A stretch of DNA of 64,000 nucleotides from Pseudomonadota bacterium (GTDB lineage Bacteria > Campylobacterota > Campylobacteria > Campylobacterales > Sulfurimonadaceae): positions 1 through 64,000 of the forward strand of contig JAZDQA010000008.1 in the NCBI GenBank assembly GCA_043797085.1, written 5' to 3'. The notes below the pieces were generated by a model. The model saw only the letters and a program-made list of their open reading frames with translations. It was not told the origin of the DNA and made no database searches. Position 1 is the stretch's first letter. Each line of letters starts with the position of its first letter. Positions 49,267 through 59,099 of the stretch are shown piece by piece. Both the position numbers and the translations under genes were made by a program.

Positions 49267-49926
49267 ATGAAAAGTTTTTTTGATATAGTAGAAACCATTA
49301 AAGATGTTGTCTCAGGTGAATTTGCTGAGAAAAAAGTATTTGATAAAGATGTTGCAGAGTTATTGGATATTTCACAAATGAACTTTGCTACTATGAAAAA
49401 AAGAAATAAAATCCCCTTTAATGAATTACTTGATTTTTGTGCCAAGCGTTCTATTGCTATTAATTGGCTTTTGTACAATCAGTCACCTGAAAGTTTGATA
49501 GAGCCGACAAATCGTTTTTACATGGTTCGATATTTTTCATCGGTAAGTGCATCTGCTGGCGGTGGTGCTGAAAATGGTGATTTCGATTTTGAACCGCTGA
49601 TGCTTGAAGGAAATTTTGTAGCAACACTGGGTGGTGAGAAAGAGCTGCGGTTTATAGAGGCGATAAATGTTTCCGGTGATTCGATGGAACCCTCTTTTAG
49701 TTATAACGATATCGTCTTTATTAATCGATCAAAAACCGATGTTGGACGGGGTGGAATCTTTACGATTCGAACGGAACATGGACTCTTTATTAAGCGGGTA
49801 CAAGTGAGAATTGATGGGAAACTGGATATTATTTCGGACAATAAAGACTATCCAATTTCCATAGCACGGCGTGATGAAGTGGAGATTATTGGTCGTGTTG
49901 TCGGACGATTTGGTTGTATTGACTGA
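49267..49926 (+). CDS. Phage CI/LexA-like repressor (HTH plus S24 autopeptidase)
   Basis: HTH N-terminus (INWLL), Ala-Gly cleavage site ASAGGG, catalytic Ser (GDSMEP) and Lys (FIKRV), SDN, IIGRV. Confidence 0.88.
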   Translation: MKSFFDIVETIKDVVSGEFAEKKVFDKDVAELLDISQMNFATMKKRNKIPFNELLDFCAKRSIAINWLLYNQSPESLIEPTNRFYMVRYFSSVSASAGGGAENGDFDFEPLMLEGNFVATLGGEKELRFIEAINVSGDSMEPSFSYNDIVFINRSKTDVGRGGIFTIRTEHGLFIKRVQVRIDGKLDIISDNKDYPISIARRDEVEIIGRVVGRFGCID

Positions 49927-49947
49927 CAAAATTCAAAGGTTTTTTGT

Positions 49948-51414
49948 ATGATTTTTTTTAGATATATCGCTTTCATTTTGATACTTATTTTAAGTGGTTG
50001 CAGTGCTAAGAGTGGCATTGCAGTGACTCAAGTCATAACTACGGCTCCCGTACCACCTCTTTGCGTAGAGGGAAATAGTACCGCTCTTTCAGATGATATA
50101 GCATTAGTGCAAGAGATTGAATCGGATCCCCAAGTAAATATGGCTAAAGTTAGTGATCTTGACCATTATCCTCAAATTATGGCTCCGTATGTCAATCTAA
50201 ATGCCAATAATCAAACCAATGTATATGAAATTCAAAAACATTTTGATGAAAATTACTATCGAACTTGGAGCTATCAAGCAGCACCTATTTGTGCCAAAGA
50301 AGCTGCATGGTATGTCAGTGCATTTAAATCGGGCTATGGAAGCAATTTAAAGCCATTGCCTGCATCATGGTTTAATGAGATGGAAACTCAAAGTAATTTT
50401 CAGGCATTTTCAAGCGTGAATCAATACGCTATCGCGACCAAATGGATGAATATGCGCGTATTCCCAACAGCAAATCCTCTGTATAAAAATCCTCAAAAAG
50501 CCGGAGATGGTTATCCCTTTGATTTGCTTCAAAATAGCAGTGTAGCGTTTAATGAACCTCTCTTTATTTCGCACGCTTCATTGGATGGCGCATGGGTCTA
50601 TATTTTTACCAACAGTGCTTCAGGATGGGTTGAAGCAAACGGTATTGCGGTATTGAACAGCGATCATATTGAAATCTTAAAAAGAAAAGAAAAACTTTTT
50701 ATTACTGACGATAAAATTCCTTTACGTGACAGCGATAAACGCTTTGTGGCGTATTCACGCATTGGTATGGTTCTTCCGCTTTTAGAAGAGACTAATGATA
50801 ATTATAAAGCTTTATATGTTGATAACAGCGGAAGATTAAAAGAACTTTTTGTTCCAAAAGAATCAGCCCATATTGGAAGCAGTTTAATAAATAAAGATGA
50901 ATTGATGAAGCTTGGTACTCATTTATTACGTAATACGTACGGGTGGGGCGGAATGTTTGAAGAGCGCGATTGTTCCTCAATGATTCGTGATTTTGTTACC
51001 CCTTTTGGAATTTGGTTACCGCGCAATTCTGCTCAGCAAGCGAAGAAAGGAGAAGTGATACCTTTTAATGATTTAAACAATTCTCAAAGAATTAGCTTGA
51101 TCAAAGAAAAGGGAATTCCCTTTGAGACGATTTTGTATAAAAAAGGGCATGTTCTTCTTTATCTTGGAACGTATGAAGACAGCGTTATGGTAATGCACAA
51201 TATTTGGGGTATTCGGACAAAGGACAAAGCAGGGCTAAAGGGGAGAGTGATTGTTGGTCGAGCTGTAATAAGCACCCTTGAACTTGGTGCCGATGTTGAA
51301 AATTTCGATTCTAGCAATATGCTTTTGAGTACATTAGTAAGTATGAATATTTTTACAAAATCTCCGCTTCCTATCGCACAAAAACGGGAGAAAGCAAAAC
51401 TCTCTAAGCTTTAA
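49948..51414 (+). CDS. SH3 / NlpC-P60 lipoprotein cell-wall peptidase
   Basis: Lipobox LSGC, GYPFDLLQNS, YGWGG...RDCS, LPRNS, GHVLLY. Confidence 0.85.
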   Translation: MIFFRYIAFILILILSGCSAKSGIAVTQVITTAPVPPLCVEGNSTALSDDIALVQEIESDPQVNMAKVSDLDHYPQIMAPYVNLNANNQTNVYEIQKHFDENYYRTWSYQAAPICAKEAAWYVSAFKSGYGSNLKPLPASWFNEMETQSNFQAFSSVNQYAIATKWMNMRVFPTANPLYKNPQKAGDGYPFDLLQNSSVAFNEPLFISHASLDGAWVYIFTNSASGWVEANGIAVLNSDHIEILKRKEKLFITDDKIPLRDSDKRFVAYSRIGMVLPLLEETNDNYKALYVDNSGRLKELFVPKESAHIGSSLINKDELMKLGTHLLRNTYGWGGMFEERDCSSMIRDFVTPFGIWLPRNSAQQAKKGEVIPFNDLNNSQRISLIKEKGIPFETILYKKGHVLLYLGTYEDSVMVMHNIWGIRTKDKAGLKGRVIVGRAVISTLELGADVENFDSSNMLLSTLVSMNIFTKSPLPIAQKREKAKLSKL

Positions 51415-51709
51415 TATCGAGTAATGAACCTAGCATTTCATCTTGAGTGCGAATGGCATTCACATTCGCTTCTGTAATGTTTTCGATAGAGATTTGATCG
51501 GTAATCTCTTTGTTTAGATTGGTCTGTGATTTTTCCGATTTAGTGTCATCTGCTCTTGAGCTTATCGCTTGAGTAGAATTTCCTCCATTCTCTTTAACAA
51601 GGGTGTTTTTTGGAATAAATCCATCCGTATTAACATTGGCTACATTATTAGCACTATTATTCATATAAGTCTGATTCGATGTAAGAGAAGAAATATTTGA
51701 GCTTATCAT
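51404..51709 (-). CDS. Short flagellar basal-body rod-like protein
   Basis: SANNVANVNTDGF N-terminal motif and the ANVNAIRTQDEMLGSLLDIKA C-terminal motif. Confidence 0.75.
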   Translation of the reverse strand: MISSNISSLTSNQTYMNNSANNVANVNTDGFIPKNTLVKENGGNSTQAISSRADDTKSEKSQTNLNKEITDQISIENITEANVNAIRTQDEMLGSLLDIKA

Positions 51710-51778
51710 TTAAAGCGCCTTCTTTTGGATATAAACAGTATAAAACCAGCCACCTTAAGAGATGGCAATGGTTGTCAA

Positions 51779-52975
51779 TTAGTGTAAATCGGCGTTGAGT
51801 TTTACTTCACGGGTTGAACGTCGAATGAGCAATTGCCCCGTCGTAGAGTCTTGACGATAGTGGATACCGTTAAGTGCAACTAAATCTTTCCCTTTGAAGC
51901 TGACTCCGCTCAATTGTGCATTTGGGTTTGCTTCTTGGATTTTAGAAAGCTCTTCGCCACTCACCGAAAATTTGGTTCCTGCTAGTACAGCGATCCCAGC
52001 ATCGACGATACAACCATCACCCAGTGCAATACCCGTTACCGAGTTAGCACCTAAAAGAGTGTTTTTACCGATAGTGACAGGGATACCGTCCGTTCCGCTA
52101 AGAACACCGAGGATCGAAGCTCCACCGCCCACGTCTGAGCCATCACCTACGATAGCAGAGCTTGAAATACGTCCTTCTACCATACTGACACCGGTTGTTC
52201 CTGCATTGAAGTTCACATAACTTGCACCCGGCATGATTGTTGTTCCTGCATGGAGCTGTGCTCCGAAACGTACTTTTGAATCATCCAATACGCGAGTATT
52301 GTTCGCAGGGATGATATGTTGGAGATAACGAGGGAATTTATCGACGAAATCGATTTTCGGATATTCGTTGGCAAATTTGAGTTCGATCTCGTTTTCACGG
52401 AGCCATTCGAGTTCGATCGGTTGACCGTCTGACCATGCCACATTGTGCAATGCACCAAAGGCACCATTGAGATTGAGGGAACGCAAAGGAGCTTTTGATG
52501 ATGAAAGAGCGTAGAGTTTGAGATAAGTTCCCTCAACACTGACGCAGGCAACATCGTTGAAAAGTATAACGAGACGAAACTCGCCATCACGCATACCGCG
52601 CTCTTTGATTTGATTGTAAAGTGCGGAAATGATTTGAATATTTTTATGTGCATCACCATACGCTTCATCAGAGTATGGGGTAAATGCATTCAAGCATCCT
52701 TCTAAAAACTTGACCGTGACGGGGATAATTACTTCATCCGCGTTAAAATCGATCTCAAAGCCTTGCTCTTGAGCACTTTTGATAAAAATTGCCGCACTGC
52801 CGAAGTTTTCATTCCAATTGATATGTGGGTAAGTAGCTTGGAGAATTTTATCACTGTTAAGCTGACCGAAATCGACACGGCAAATACCGAATGCTAGAGG
52901 ATTTTTATACCCTTGTGAGTTTTGGATTTCATTGACGCACTCTTTGAAAGCACTTTCTGTTTCTATTATATTCAT
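51779..52975 (-). CDS. dapD: Tetrahydrodipicolinate N-succinyltransferase
   Basis: VDKFPR, YVNFNAGT, MVEGRISS, GGGASILGVLSG, terminal LNADLH. Confidence 0.93.
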   Translation of the reverse strand: MNIIETESAFKECVNEIQNSQGYKNPLAFGICRVDFGQLNSDKILQATYPHINWNENFGSAAIFIKSAQEQGFEIDFNADEVIIPVTVKFLEGCLNAFTPYSDEAYGDAHKNIQIISALYNQIKERGMRDGEFRLVILFNDVACVSVEGTYLKLYALSSSKAPLRSLNLNGAFGALHNVAWSDGQPIELEWLRENEIELKFANEYPKIDFVDKFPRYLQHIIPANNTRVLDDSKVRFGAQLHAGTTIMPGASYVNFNAGTTGVSMVEGRISSSAIVGDGSDVGGGASILGVLSGTDGIPVTIGKNTLLGANSVTGIALGDGCIVDAGIAVLAGTKFSVSGEELSKIQEANPNAQLSGVSFKGKDLVALNGIHYRQDSTTGQLLIRRSTREVKLNADLH

Positions 52976-53081
52976 TAAAGCTCTCTTGTTTAAAATTTAA
53001 TTCCGAATTTTAGCATAACTCTCTACGGCTGTGTTGAAGATCGCATGTTATACTACGTATAAATTATTTTATGGAATTATT

Positions 53082-53567
53082 ATGGAACAGTGGATTGAAC
53101 TTTTAAAAGCGAACAATTATTTAGGGATCAAAAAGTATCTTAAAAATGGTGCTTCACCAAATGAGAGTGAAGAAAATGGAGAATCGGTCATTTGTTTCGC
53201 GCTTCGTTATCATTGTGATTTGGAAATACTTGAATTGTTGATTGCAGAGGGTGCTGATTTGTATGAGACGGATAATGAAGGGGTGAGTGTCTTTGATGTT
53301 GCCGTGACGTATAATAATCTTTTTTTGATTGAGAAGCTGATTAAAGATGGTTTTGATGTCAACAAATCGACACGCCGCAGTGGATTCACCCCTTTGATGG
53401 GAGCTGTATGTTATGGACGAGTTGAAGTGATTCAAAAATTGTTGGAGATGGGAGTGGACGTCAAAGCACGGGACGGACATGGATTAACTGCTATTGACTT
53501 TGCCCGTAAAATGCATAAAAAAGCAATTTTAGCCTTACTTCAAGGAGAAAAAGATGGAACAGTTTAA
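53082..53567 (+). CDS. Ankyrin-repeat protein
   Basis: [32 protein letters not shown] repeats. Confidence 0.88.
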   Translation: MEQWIELLKANNYLGIKKYLKNGASPNESEENGESVICFALRYHCDLEILELLIAEGADLYETDNEGVSVFDVAVTYNNLFLIEKLIKDGFDVNKSTRRSGFTPLMGAVCYGRVEVIQKLLEMGVDVKARDGHGLTAIDFARKMHKKAILALLQGEKDGTV

Positions 53568-54444
53568 AACGTTTTTATTGCTTGGAAGTCTTAGTGTCGT
53601 ACTGGTGTTTATCGGCGGCTATTTAGGGGGTCAGATGGGAATGCTCATCGCTCTCATTATGGCAGGTGGAATGAATTTTTATGCTTATTATTTTTCGGAT
53701 ACGGCGATTTTGAAACACTACAATGCGGTTGAAGTTGATCCCCGAGAAGCGCCGATGCTTTATCGGGTTATTGAAAGATTGGTGGAGCGCGCCGAACTTC
53801 CTATGCCGAAAGTTTATATTATCCACGATCACATTCCCAATGCGTTTGCAACGGGACGAAATCCTGAACATGCGGCAGTAGCGATTACAACAGGGTTATT
53901 GGAACTTTTAAACGAAGAAGAGGTTGAGGGAGTGATGGCGCATGAGCTCTCTCATGTTCACCATCGCGATATTCTCGTCGCAACGGTTGCTGCCACCATC
54001 GCTGGGGCTATTGCATTTATTGCCAATATGTTGCAATTTGGAGCTATATTCGGCAATCGGGATAATCGAGGCGGTAATCCGATTATGATGATAGCAATGG
54101 CGATTGTTTTACCTATCGCTGCAAGTGTGATTCAAATGACGATTAGCAGGTCGCGTGAGTTTATGGCGGATGAGGGGGCTGCAAAGTTGACAGGGCATCC
54201 TGAATGGCTTCAAAGTGCTTTGGTAAAGTTGACAAATTACAATGGACGAGGAGAAGTGCAGGGTGCTACACCTGAAAATGCACACATGTTTATTATCAGT
54301 CCATTTGACGGGAAAAACTTTTCATTTTCAAATCTTTTTAAAACGCATCCCACAACGGAACAAAGATTGGAACGATTGGAAGCATTAAAAAATCAAATTG
54401 ATACAGAAGAACCGTCAAAATTGTATGACCGTCATTACAGTTAA
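53554..54444 (+). CDS. htpX: Zinc metalloprotease HtpX
   Basis: [27 protein letters not shown]. Confidence 0.93.
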   Translation: MEQFKTFLLLGSLSVVLVFIGGYLGGQMGMLIALIMAGGMNFYAYYFSDTAILKHYNAVEVDPREAPMLYRVIERLVERAELPMPKVYIIHDHIPNAFATGRNPEHAAVAITTGLLELLNEEEVEGVMAHELSHVHHRDILVATVAATIAGAIAFIANMLQFGAIFGNRDNRGGNPIMMIAMAIVLPIAASVIQMTISRSREFMADEGAAKLTGHPEWLQSALVKLTNYNGRGEVQGATPENAHMFIISPFDGKNFSFSNLFKTHPTTEQRLERLEALKNQIDTEEPSKLYDRHYS

Positions 54445-54447
54445 ATA

Positions 54448-54585
54448 TTATTCGTGTTCGATTTTTAGTGTAAAATAAGGCTTTTTAGCCTCTGTCGAAT
54501 GTGGTTTATGAAAAAAATAACTCCGATAAAAAGCGTACACAATCATCATCAATGCTAATACAATGATTAAAAAACCTATCATCAT
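54448..54585 (-). CDS. Small membrane protein, 45 aa (MMIGFLIIVLALMMIVYAFYRSYFFHKPHSTEAKKPYFTLKIEHE)
   Basis: AAGGAGG RBS before the ATG; N-terminal TM helix; fills the htpX-cinA gap. Confidence 0.6.
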   Translation of the reverse strand: MMIGFLIIVLALMMIVYAFYRSYFFHKPHSTEAKKPYFTLKIEHE

Positions 54586-54642
54586 TTTTTTCCTCCTTGG
54601 AGTCTACAAAAAGTATATCGTCATTGTAATAATAATTTTTAA

Positions 54643-55383
54643 TTATAGAACTTCAAAAAGGATCGATTTGTTCGTTAGATCATGGATAAAAAGATTAAAA
54701 TTCTCGTCACACAATGTTTTATCGGGGGATGCAATAGAAATTTCTACGGTAGGAATACCATTATTCATCATCGGAAGAGATGAAAAATCAACGCTTGGAT
54801 TAAGTTTTTCCATAACCTCAATGAGGGTGTTTTCACTTGTTTGAGCGATCAGTGTTTTTCGATAGGTTTTCTCTGCCAAGGGATAAAAACGTTCCAATGC
54901 TTCTTCAACCATAGGATGAGACATCTCAGGAAATCCCGGCATGAAAAAATAACGATTTTCAAGATAAAATCCTGACATATTGTTGATAACGTTATGCAAT
55001 AATTCGGACTTTTTAGGCAACATTGCCATGTTAATACGATGGGGGAATGCCTGATCTCCAAATCGCTCAAGAATATTCGCATAAAATGATGGATGAGAAA
55101 CAAGGATACTGTCACTAAAAACATCGCTGGCAATTTGACGGGTTAGATCATCGGGAGTAGAGCCGATACCGCCAAAACTAAACATGACACCATTTGGATC
55201 TTTTTTAATAAGGGTATAAATTGAATGGATGAGTTCAATGTCATCTTTGATGATGAACGTTGAAAATAAAACGTGTCCTCGATGTAAAAGAGCATCACGA
55301 ACGAAGTCAAAATGTTTGTCAATTCTGCGACCATTGAGAATTTCAGAGCCGATAATAACGGCATAAAAGTGTGGTGTTTTCAT
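54643..55383 (-). CDS. CinA-like molybdopterin-binding-domain protein
   Basis: IIGSEILNG, GGIGSTPDDLT, MPGFP. Confidence 0.85.
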   Translation of the reverse strand: MKTPHFYAVIIGSEILNGRRIDKHFDFVRDALLHRGHVLFSTFIIKDDIELIHSIYTLIKKDPNGVMFSFGGIGSTPDDLTRQIASDVFSDSILVSHPSFYANILERFGDQAFPHRINMAMLPKKSELLHNVINNMSGFYLENRYFFMPGFPEMSHPMVEEALERFYPLAEKTYRKTLIAQTSENTLIEVMEKLNPSVDFSSLPMMNNGIPTVEISIASPDKTLCDENFNLFIHDLTNKSILFEVL

Positions 55384-55466
55384 CTGATTATTATAGCGTA
55401 ACAGCCATTTTTAACCAACATAGCGCTAAAATAAAGCTATTAAATAATGACAATTGGATAAGAATT

Positions 55467-57524
55467 ATGGTTAAACCTCTTTTAATTGAAATCGGTGTTG
55501 AAGAACTCCCAGCCGTTCCTTTGCTCAAAGAACTTGCGGAAATTGAGAAAAAATGGGTAAACGTTTTGGAAAAAAACGGTTTGCTGTGTGAGTTTGAATT
55601 TTACTATACCCCTCGTCGTCTCGTGTTGTGGCACCGTGAGTTTAAGACTGCCCAAGAAGATCGAATCGAAGAATTTTACGGTGCTCCGGTAGAAATGGCG
55701 ATAAAAGATGGTGTGGCTACCCCTGCTGCACTTGGTTTTGCAAAAAAATGCGGCGTTGACTTTGAACAGCTCTCGCGTTCAGAAAAGGCGGGCAAAGAAG
55801 TTCTTTATTATTCCAAGAATGTTGAGGGGAAAGAGAGCTCAGTTTTACTCAACGAAATGATTAATCAGTGGATTAAAAGTCTTAATTTCGGTAAATCCAT
55901 GCGATGGGGAAGCAATACGGAGAGCTTTATCCGTCCGATTCGCTGGTTAAATGTGATGTTGGGTGAAAAACAAGTAGACGCAGAGCTTTTTGGTGTGAAA
56001 TCAGCTCCTGAAACCTACGTTCACCGTATCAGCCATTTTGAAGCCAAACCGCTCGGCTCGTTGCATGAGTATTTTGATGTTCTTAAAAACGGTTCGGTCA
56101 CATTATTTCCACAAGAACGTCGCTCTACTATTTTAGAAGCCTTCAAAAACTTAGAAAATGAGCATGGAATTACGATTGAGATTGATGAAGATTTGCTCGA
56201 TGAAGTCGTGGCAATTACTGAACATCCGACACCTTTGCTTGGTAAGTTTGATGAAAGTTTTTTAGAGCTTCCTCCTGAAGTCATCGTCACCTCAATGAAA
56301 GAACATCAGCGTTATTTCCCAGTATTTAAAGAGGGTAAACTTATCAATGCGTTTGTAGTGGTTTCTAATGCCTTGGCGGATGATTTTACACAGGTAATCG
56401 AAGGGAATGAACGTGTTTTACGACCGCGTCTTAGTGATGCATTGTTCTTTTATCATAACGACCTCAAAAAAGGACTCAGTACCGCTGGCTTGGAAAAAGT
56501 TGTCTTTATGAACGGTTTGGGAACGTTGGCAGAAAAAATCAAACGTGAAAAAATAGTAGCTAAAAAGCTTTTGTCTGAATCACGAATTTGGGGACTTTTT
56601 TTAGACGACGATTATGCTGAAGAACATCTTGAAGAAGCAATGACTTTAGCTAAAGCTGATTTAATGTCTGAGATGGTTTATGAATTTACTGAGCTTCAGG
56701 GGCTGATGGGTTCGTATTATTTTAAAAAATTATATCCTGAAAAAGGTTCGAGGATTGTTGAAGCAATTAAAGAACAATATAAATTTTCGGGTGAAGAGAT
56801 TAGTAGCTCTTTTAGTGCTATTGTGAATATCGCTATGAAACTTGATACATTAATTGGGATGTTCAGTATTGGAGAGATTCCGACGGGTTCACGTGATCCG
56901 TTCGCCCTTCGCCGTGCTGTCAATGGTATTATTAGTATTGCTTTAAAACATAAAATTCCTTTGGATTTTTCAACTTTTATAGATTCTGTACAAGAATTTT
57001 ATCCTCAAAATATTGATTATAAAAAGAATATTGAGCAATTTATTATTGAGCGTTTATCTGGTATTTATCCAAATGTAAATTCATCAATTATCCAGTCGGT
57101 AGTAGTAAAAAAAGAAGGTATATTTTTAGATATTAGAGTAGTTGATTTAAGGATTAAAGCTGTAGATGAAATTGCTTCTTCTGATGGATTTGAAGAAATA
57201 TTTTCTACATTTAAACGAGTGTGTAATATTTTAAAAGATGATAGTGATGATAATCTTTTTCCAGATATCGACCTTTTTGAACATGAGGCAGAACATATTT
57301 TGTGGAATAAATTAGTAGAAGTTATCAATAATAAAGATTCGTATGGGTTGATGATAAAATATTTAGATGCACTATTTGCTCTTAAAGCTCCGTTGGATTC
57401 ATTTTTTGAAAACGTTATGGTTAATACAGAAGATTTATTGGTTCGAGCTAATCGAAAAACATTATTAAGAAAAATTTACGCAGAGATATACTCGATTGCC
57501 GATATTAAAAATATTACCTTATGA
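55467..57524 (+). CDS. glyS: Glycine-tRNA ligase beta subunit
   Basis: LLIEIGVEELP, TPRRL, KSMRWG, HQRYF, GNERVLRPRLSDA, EFTELQG, TGSRDPFALRR. Confidence 0.95.
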   Translation: MVKPLLIEIGVEELPAVPLLKELAEIEKKWVNVLEKNGLLCEFEFYYTPRRLVLWHREFKTAQEDRIEEFYGAPVEMAIKDGVATPAALGFAKKCGVDFEQLSRSEKAGKEVLYYSKNVEGKESSVLLNEMINQWIKSLNFGKSMRWGSNTESFIRPIRWLNVMLGEKQVDAELFGVKSAPETYVHRISHFEAKPLGSLHEYFDVLKNGSVTLFPQERRSTILEAFKNLENEHGITIEIDEDLLDEVVAITEHPTPLLGKFDESFLELPPEVIVTSMKEHQRYFPVFKEGKLINAFVVVSNALADDFTQVIEGNERVLRPRLSDALFFYHNDLKKGLSTAGLEKVVFMNGLGTLAEKIKREKIVAKKLLSESRIWGLFLDDDYAEEHLEEAMTLAKADLMSEMVYEFTELQGLMGSYYFKKLYPEKGSRIVEAIKEQYKFSGEEISSSFSAIVNIAMKLDTLIGMFSIGEIPTGSRDPFALRRAVNGIISIALKHKIPLDFSTFIDSVQEFYPQNIDYKKNIEQFIIERLSGIYPNVNSSIIQSVVVKKEGIFLDIRVVDLRIKAVDEIASSDGFEEIFSTFKRVCNILKDDSDDNLFPDIDLFEHEAEHILWNKLVEVINNKDSYGLMIKYLDALFALKAPLDSFFENVMVNTEDLLVRANRKTLLRKIYAEIYSIADIKNITL

Positions 57525-58638
57525 TGTTATCATCATCGGTGCAGGGATAAATGGCTGTTGTAGCGCCTATACTCTCGCGCAGGCAGGATTAAACGTTGCT
57601 TTGGTTGATCAAGATGGTATTGCTTCGGGTGGCAGCGGTGCGGCAGGGGCATTTATCTCACCTAAAATCTCTAAAGCCGGTGAACTCAAAGAGATAATGA
57701 GTGAAGCACACGCCGAAGCACTCGAATTTTACACCACCCGTTTCCCCCAGTTTACCCTCACAAAACCCCTTCTTCATATTGCTAACAGCCCACAAGAAGC
57801 CGATAAACTCGAATATTTCAAGCATGAAACTTCTCTGCATCATTCTGCACTCGATGAAGAATTAAAATCACTTCTGAGCGAAGACGCGTTAAATGAGAGC
57901 ACTATCTATTTTGATGAAGGGGCGGTTGTTGATGCGCAGGGGGTATGTCGTGCGATGGTGGATGGAATCGATTTTTATCTCCTCAAGGTACAACAGCTTA
58001 TCTATTCAGATGGATTATGGCAAGTCGGTGAATTGCGTGCCAAACATCTCGTCCTCTCGATCGGAGCCTATCCCAAACTCTTGCCGATTGATTATGTCGG
58101 ATTAAGAGGAATTTGGGGGCATCGTATCGACATTGAAACCTCTACGCATATTCCCTGTATCCTTCACCACCATGTTTCTATATCACCGATGACAAAAAAG
58201 GGAATAGTCGCTATAGGTGCTACCCATGATGTCCATTATTCTCCGTTTTCAGGAGAACCATATGAGGTAGAGCAGGGGAGAGTATTGCTTCTCGAAAAAG
58301 CATCCAAAACATTAAAACTAAATGATACTAACATTCTAAATGACTATATGGGATTGCGTTCGGGTTCCAGTGACTATCTCCCGATGCTGGGGAGTTTGGT
58401 TAATGCTGAGGCAACGCTCGAAAAATTCCCCCATTTACGGCATGGTCAAGCCGTCGATTCGAGCGAATATATTTATTATCCAAATCTTACGATGATAAAT
58501 GGTTCAGGGGGATATGGATTTGTTCTCGCTCCCTATTTGGCAAAGCGATTAACCGCGTATATTGCAGAGAGAAAAAGTATTGATCCGATTTTATCCCCGT
58601 CACGCTTTTTCCCGCGATGGGCAAAACGTCAGTCATAA
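57496..58638 (+). CDS. FAD-dependent oxidoreductase (MnmC C-terminal-domain-like)
   Basis: IIGAGINGC Rossmann motif, ASGGSGAAG, IGATH, GLRSGSSDYLP. Confidence 0.75.
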   Translation: MPILKILPYDVIIIGAGINGCCSAYTLAQAGLNVALVDQDGIASGGSGAAGAFISPKISKAGELKEIMSEAHAEALEFYTTRFPQFTLTKPLLHIANSPQEADKLEYFKHETSLHHSALDEELKSLLSEDALNESTIYFDEGAVVDAQGVCRAMVDGIDFYLLKVQQLIYSDGLWQVGELRAKHLVLSIGAYPKLLPIDYVGLRGIWGHRIDIETSTHIPCILHHHVSISPMTKKGIVAIGATHDVHYSPFSGEPYEVEQGRVLLLEKASKTLKLNDTNILNDYMGLRSGSSDYLPMLGSLVNAEATLEKFPHLRHGQAVDSSEYIYYPNLTMINGSGGYGFVLAPYLAKRLTAYIAERKSIDPILSPSRFFPRWAKRQS

Positions 58639-59093
58639 ACCACAACCCCATAGTTGTCATCAATACGATAAAAGCGCGAATCACTGGTGATACTTAAATC
58701 ACCTAAACGTCCTAAATGAACATAGCTTTTTTTGTTTAATGCAATTCCATTTTCGGTAAAAAAGCGTTTGAGATTGACGAATTTGATGTCATTAACGTAT
58801 TTGTATTCAAACTGATTATAGAGACGCATTTTTTTGTACGCAAAGATGTGGGAATCCATATTGAGAGTGGATGCGGCGTAGTTGGTAGGCAGGTATCCGG
58901 TGAGATCGGTAAGAGAGGTTTCGATATGCGAATATCTTTCAGGCAAAGTCTGTTTTTCGATAAAAACGTAACGATTAAGCTTGATATGGCGACTTTCATT
59001 CCAGTAGGTATAAGCCGGCGAACTAAGTTGTAACTTGGTATTGATTTCTCGCCAGAGCCAATGTTTATCCAGCAGTGAATAGAGTGCTGACAT
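58629..59093 (-). CDS. Hypothetical protein, possibly tandem winged-HTH
   Basis: 154-aa soluble ORF, co-oriented downstream of the C40 peptidase gene. Confidence 0.6.
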   Translation of the reverse strand: MSALYSLLDKHWLWREINTKLQLSSPAYTYWNESRHIKLNRYVFIEKQTLPERYSHIETSLTDLTGYLPTNYAASTLNMDSHIFAYKKMRLYNQFEYKYVNDIKFVNLKRFFTENGIALNKKSYVHLGRLGDLSITSDSRFYRIDDNYGVVVYD

Positions 59094-59099
59094 TAATAA

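Noticed and set aside
49267..49926. Prophage suggested by the CI-like repressor
   Set aside because: No integrase, replication or structural phage genes are present; the flanks are housekeeping genes.
51894..52689. Alternative-frame ORFs (108 aa and 158 aa) overlapping dapD, and similar shadow ORFs across the window
   Set aside because: They lie wholly within well-supported genes and have no recognisable motifs or RBS.
54563..54844. 93-aa plus-strand ORF from the track
   Set aside because: It is antisense to the cinA-like gene and to the better-supported 45-aa minus-strand ORF.
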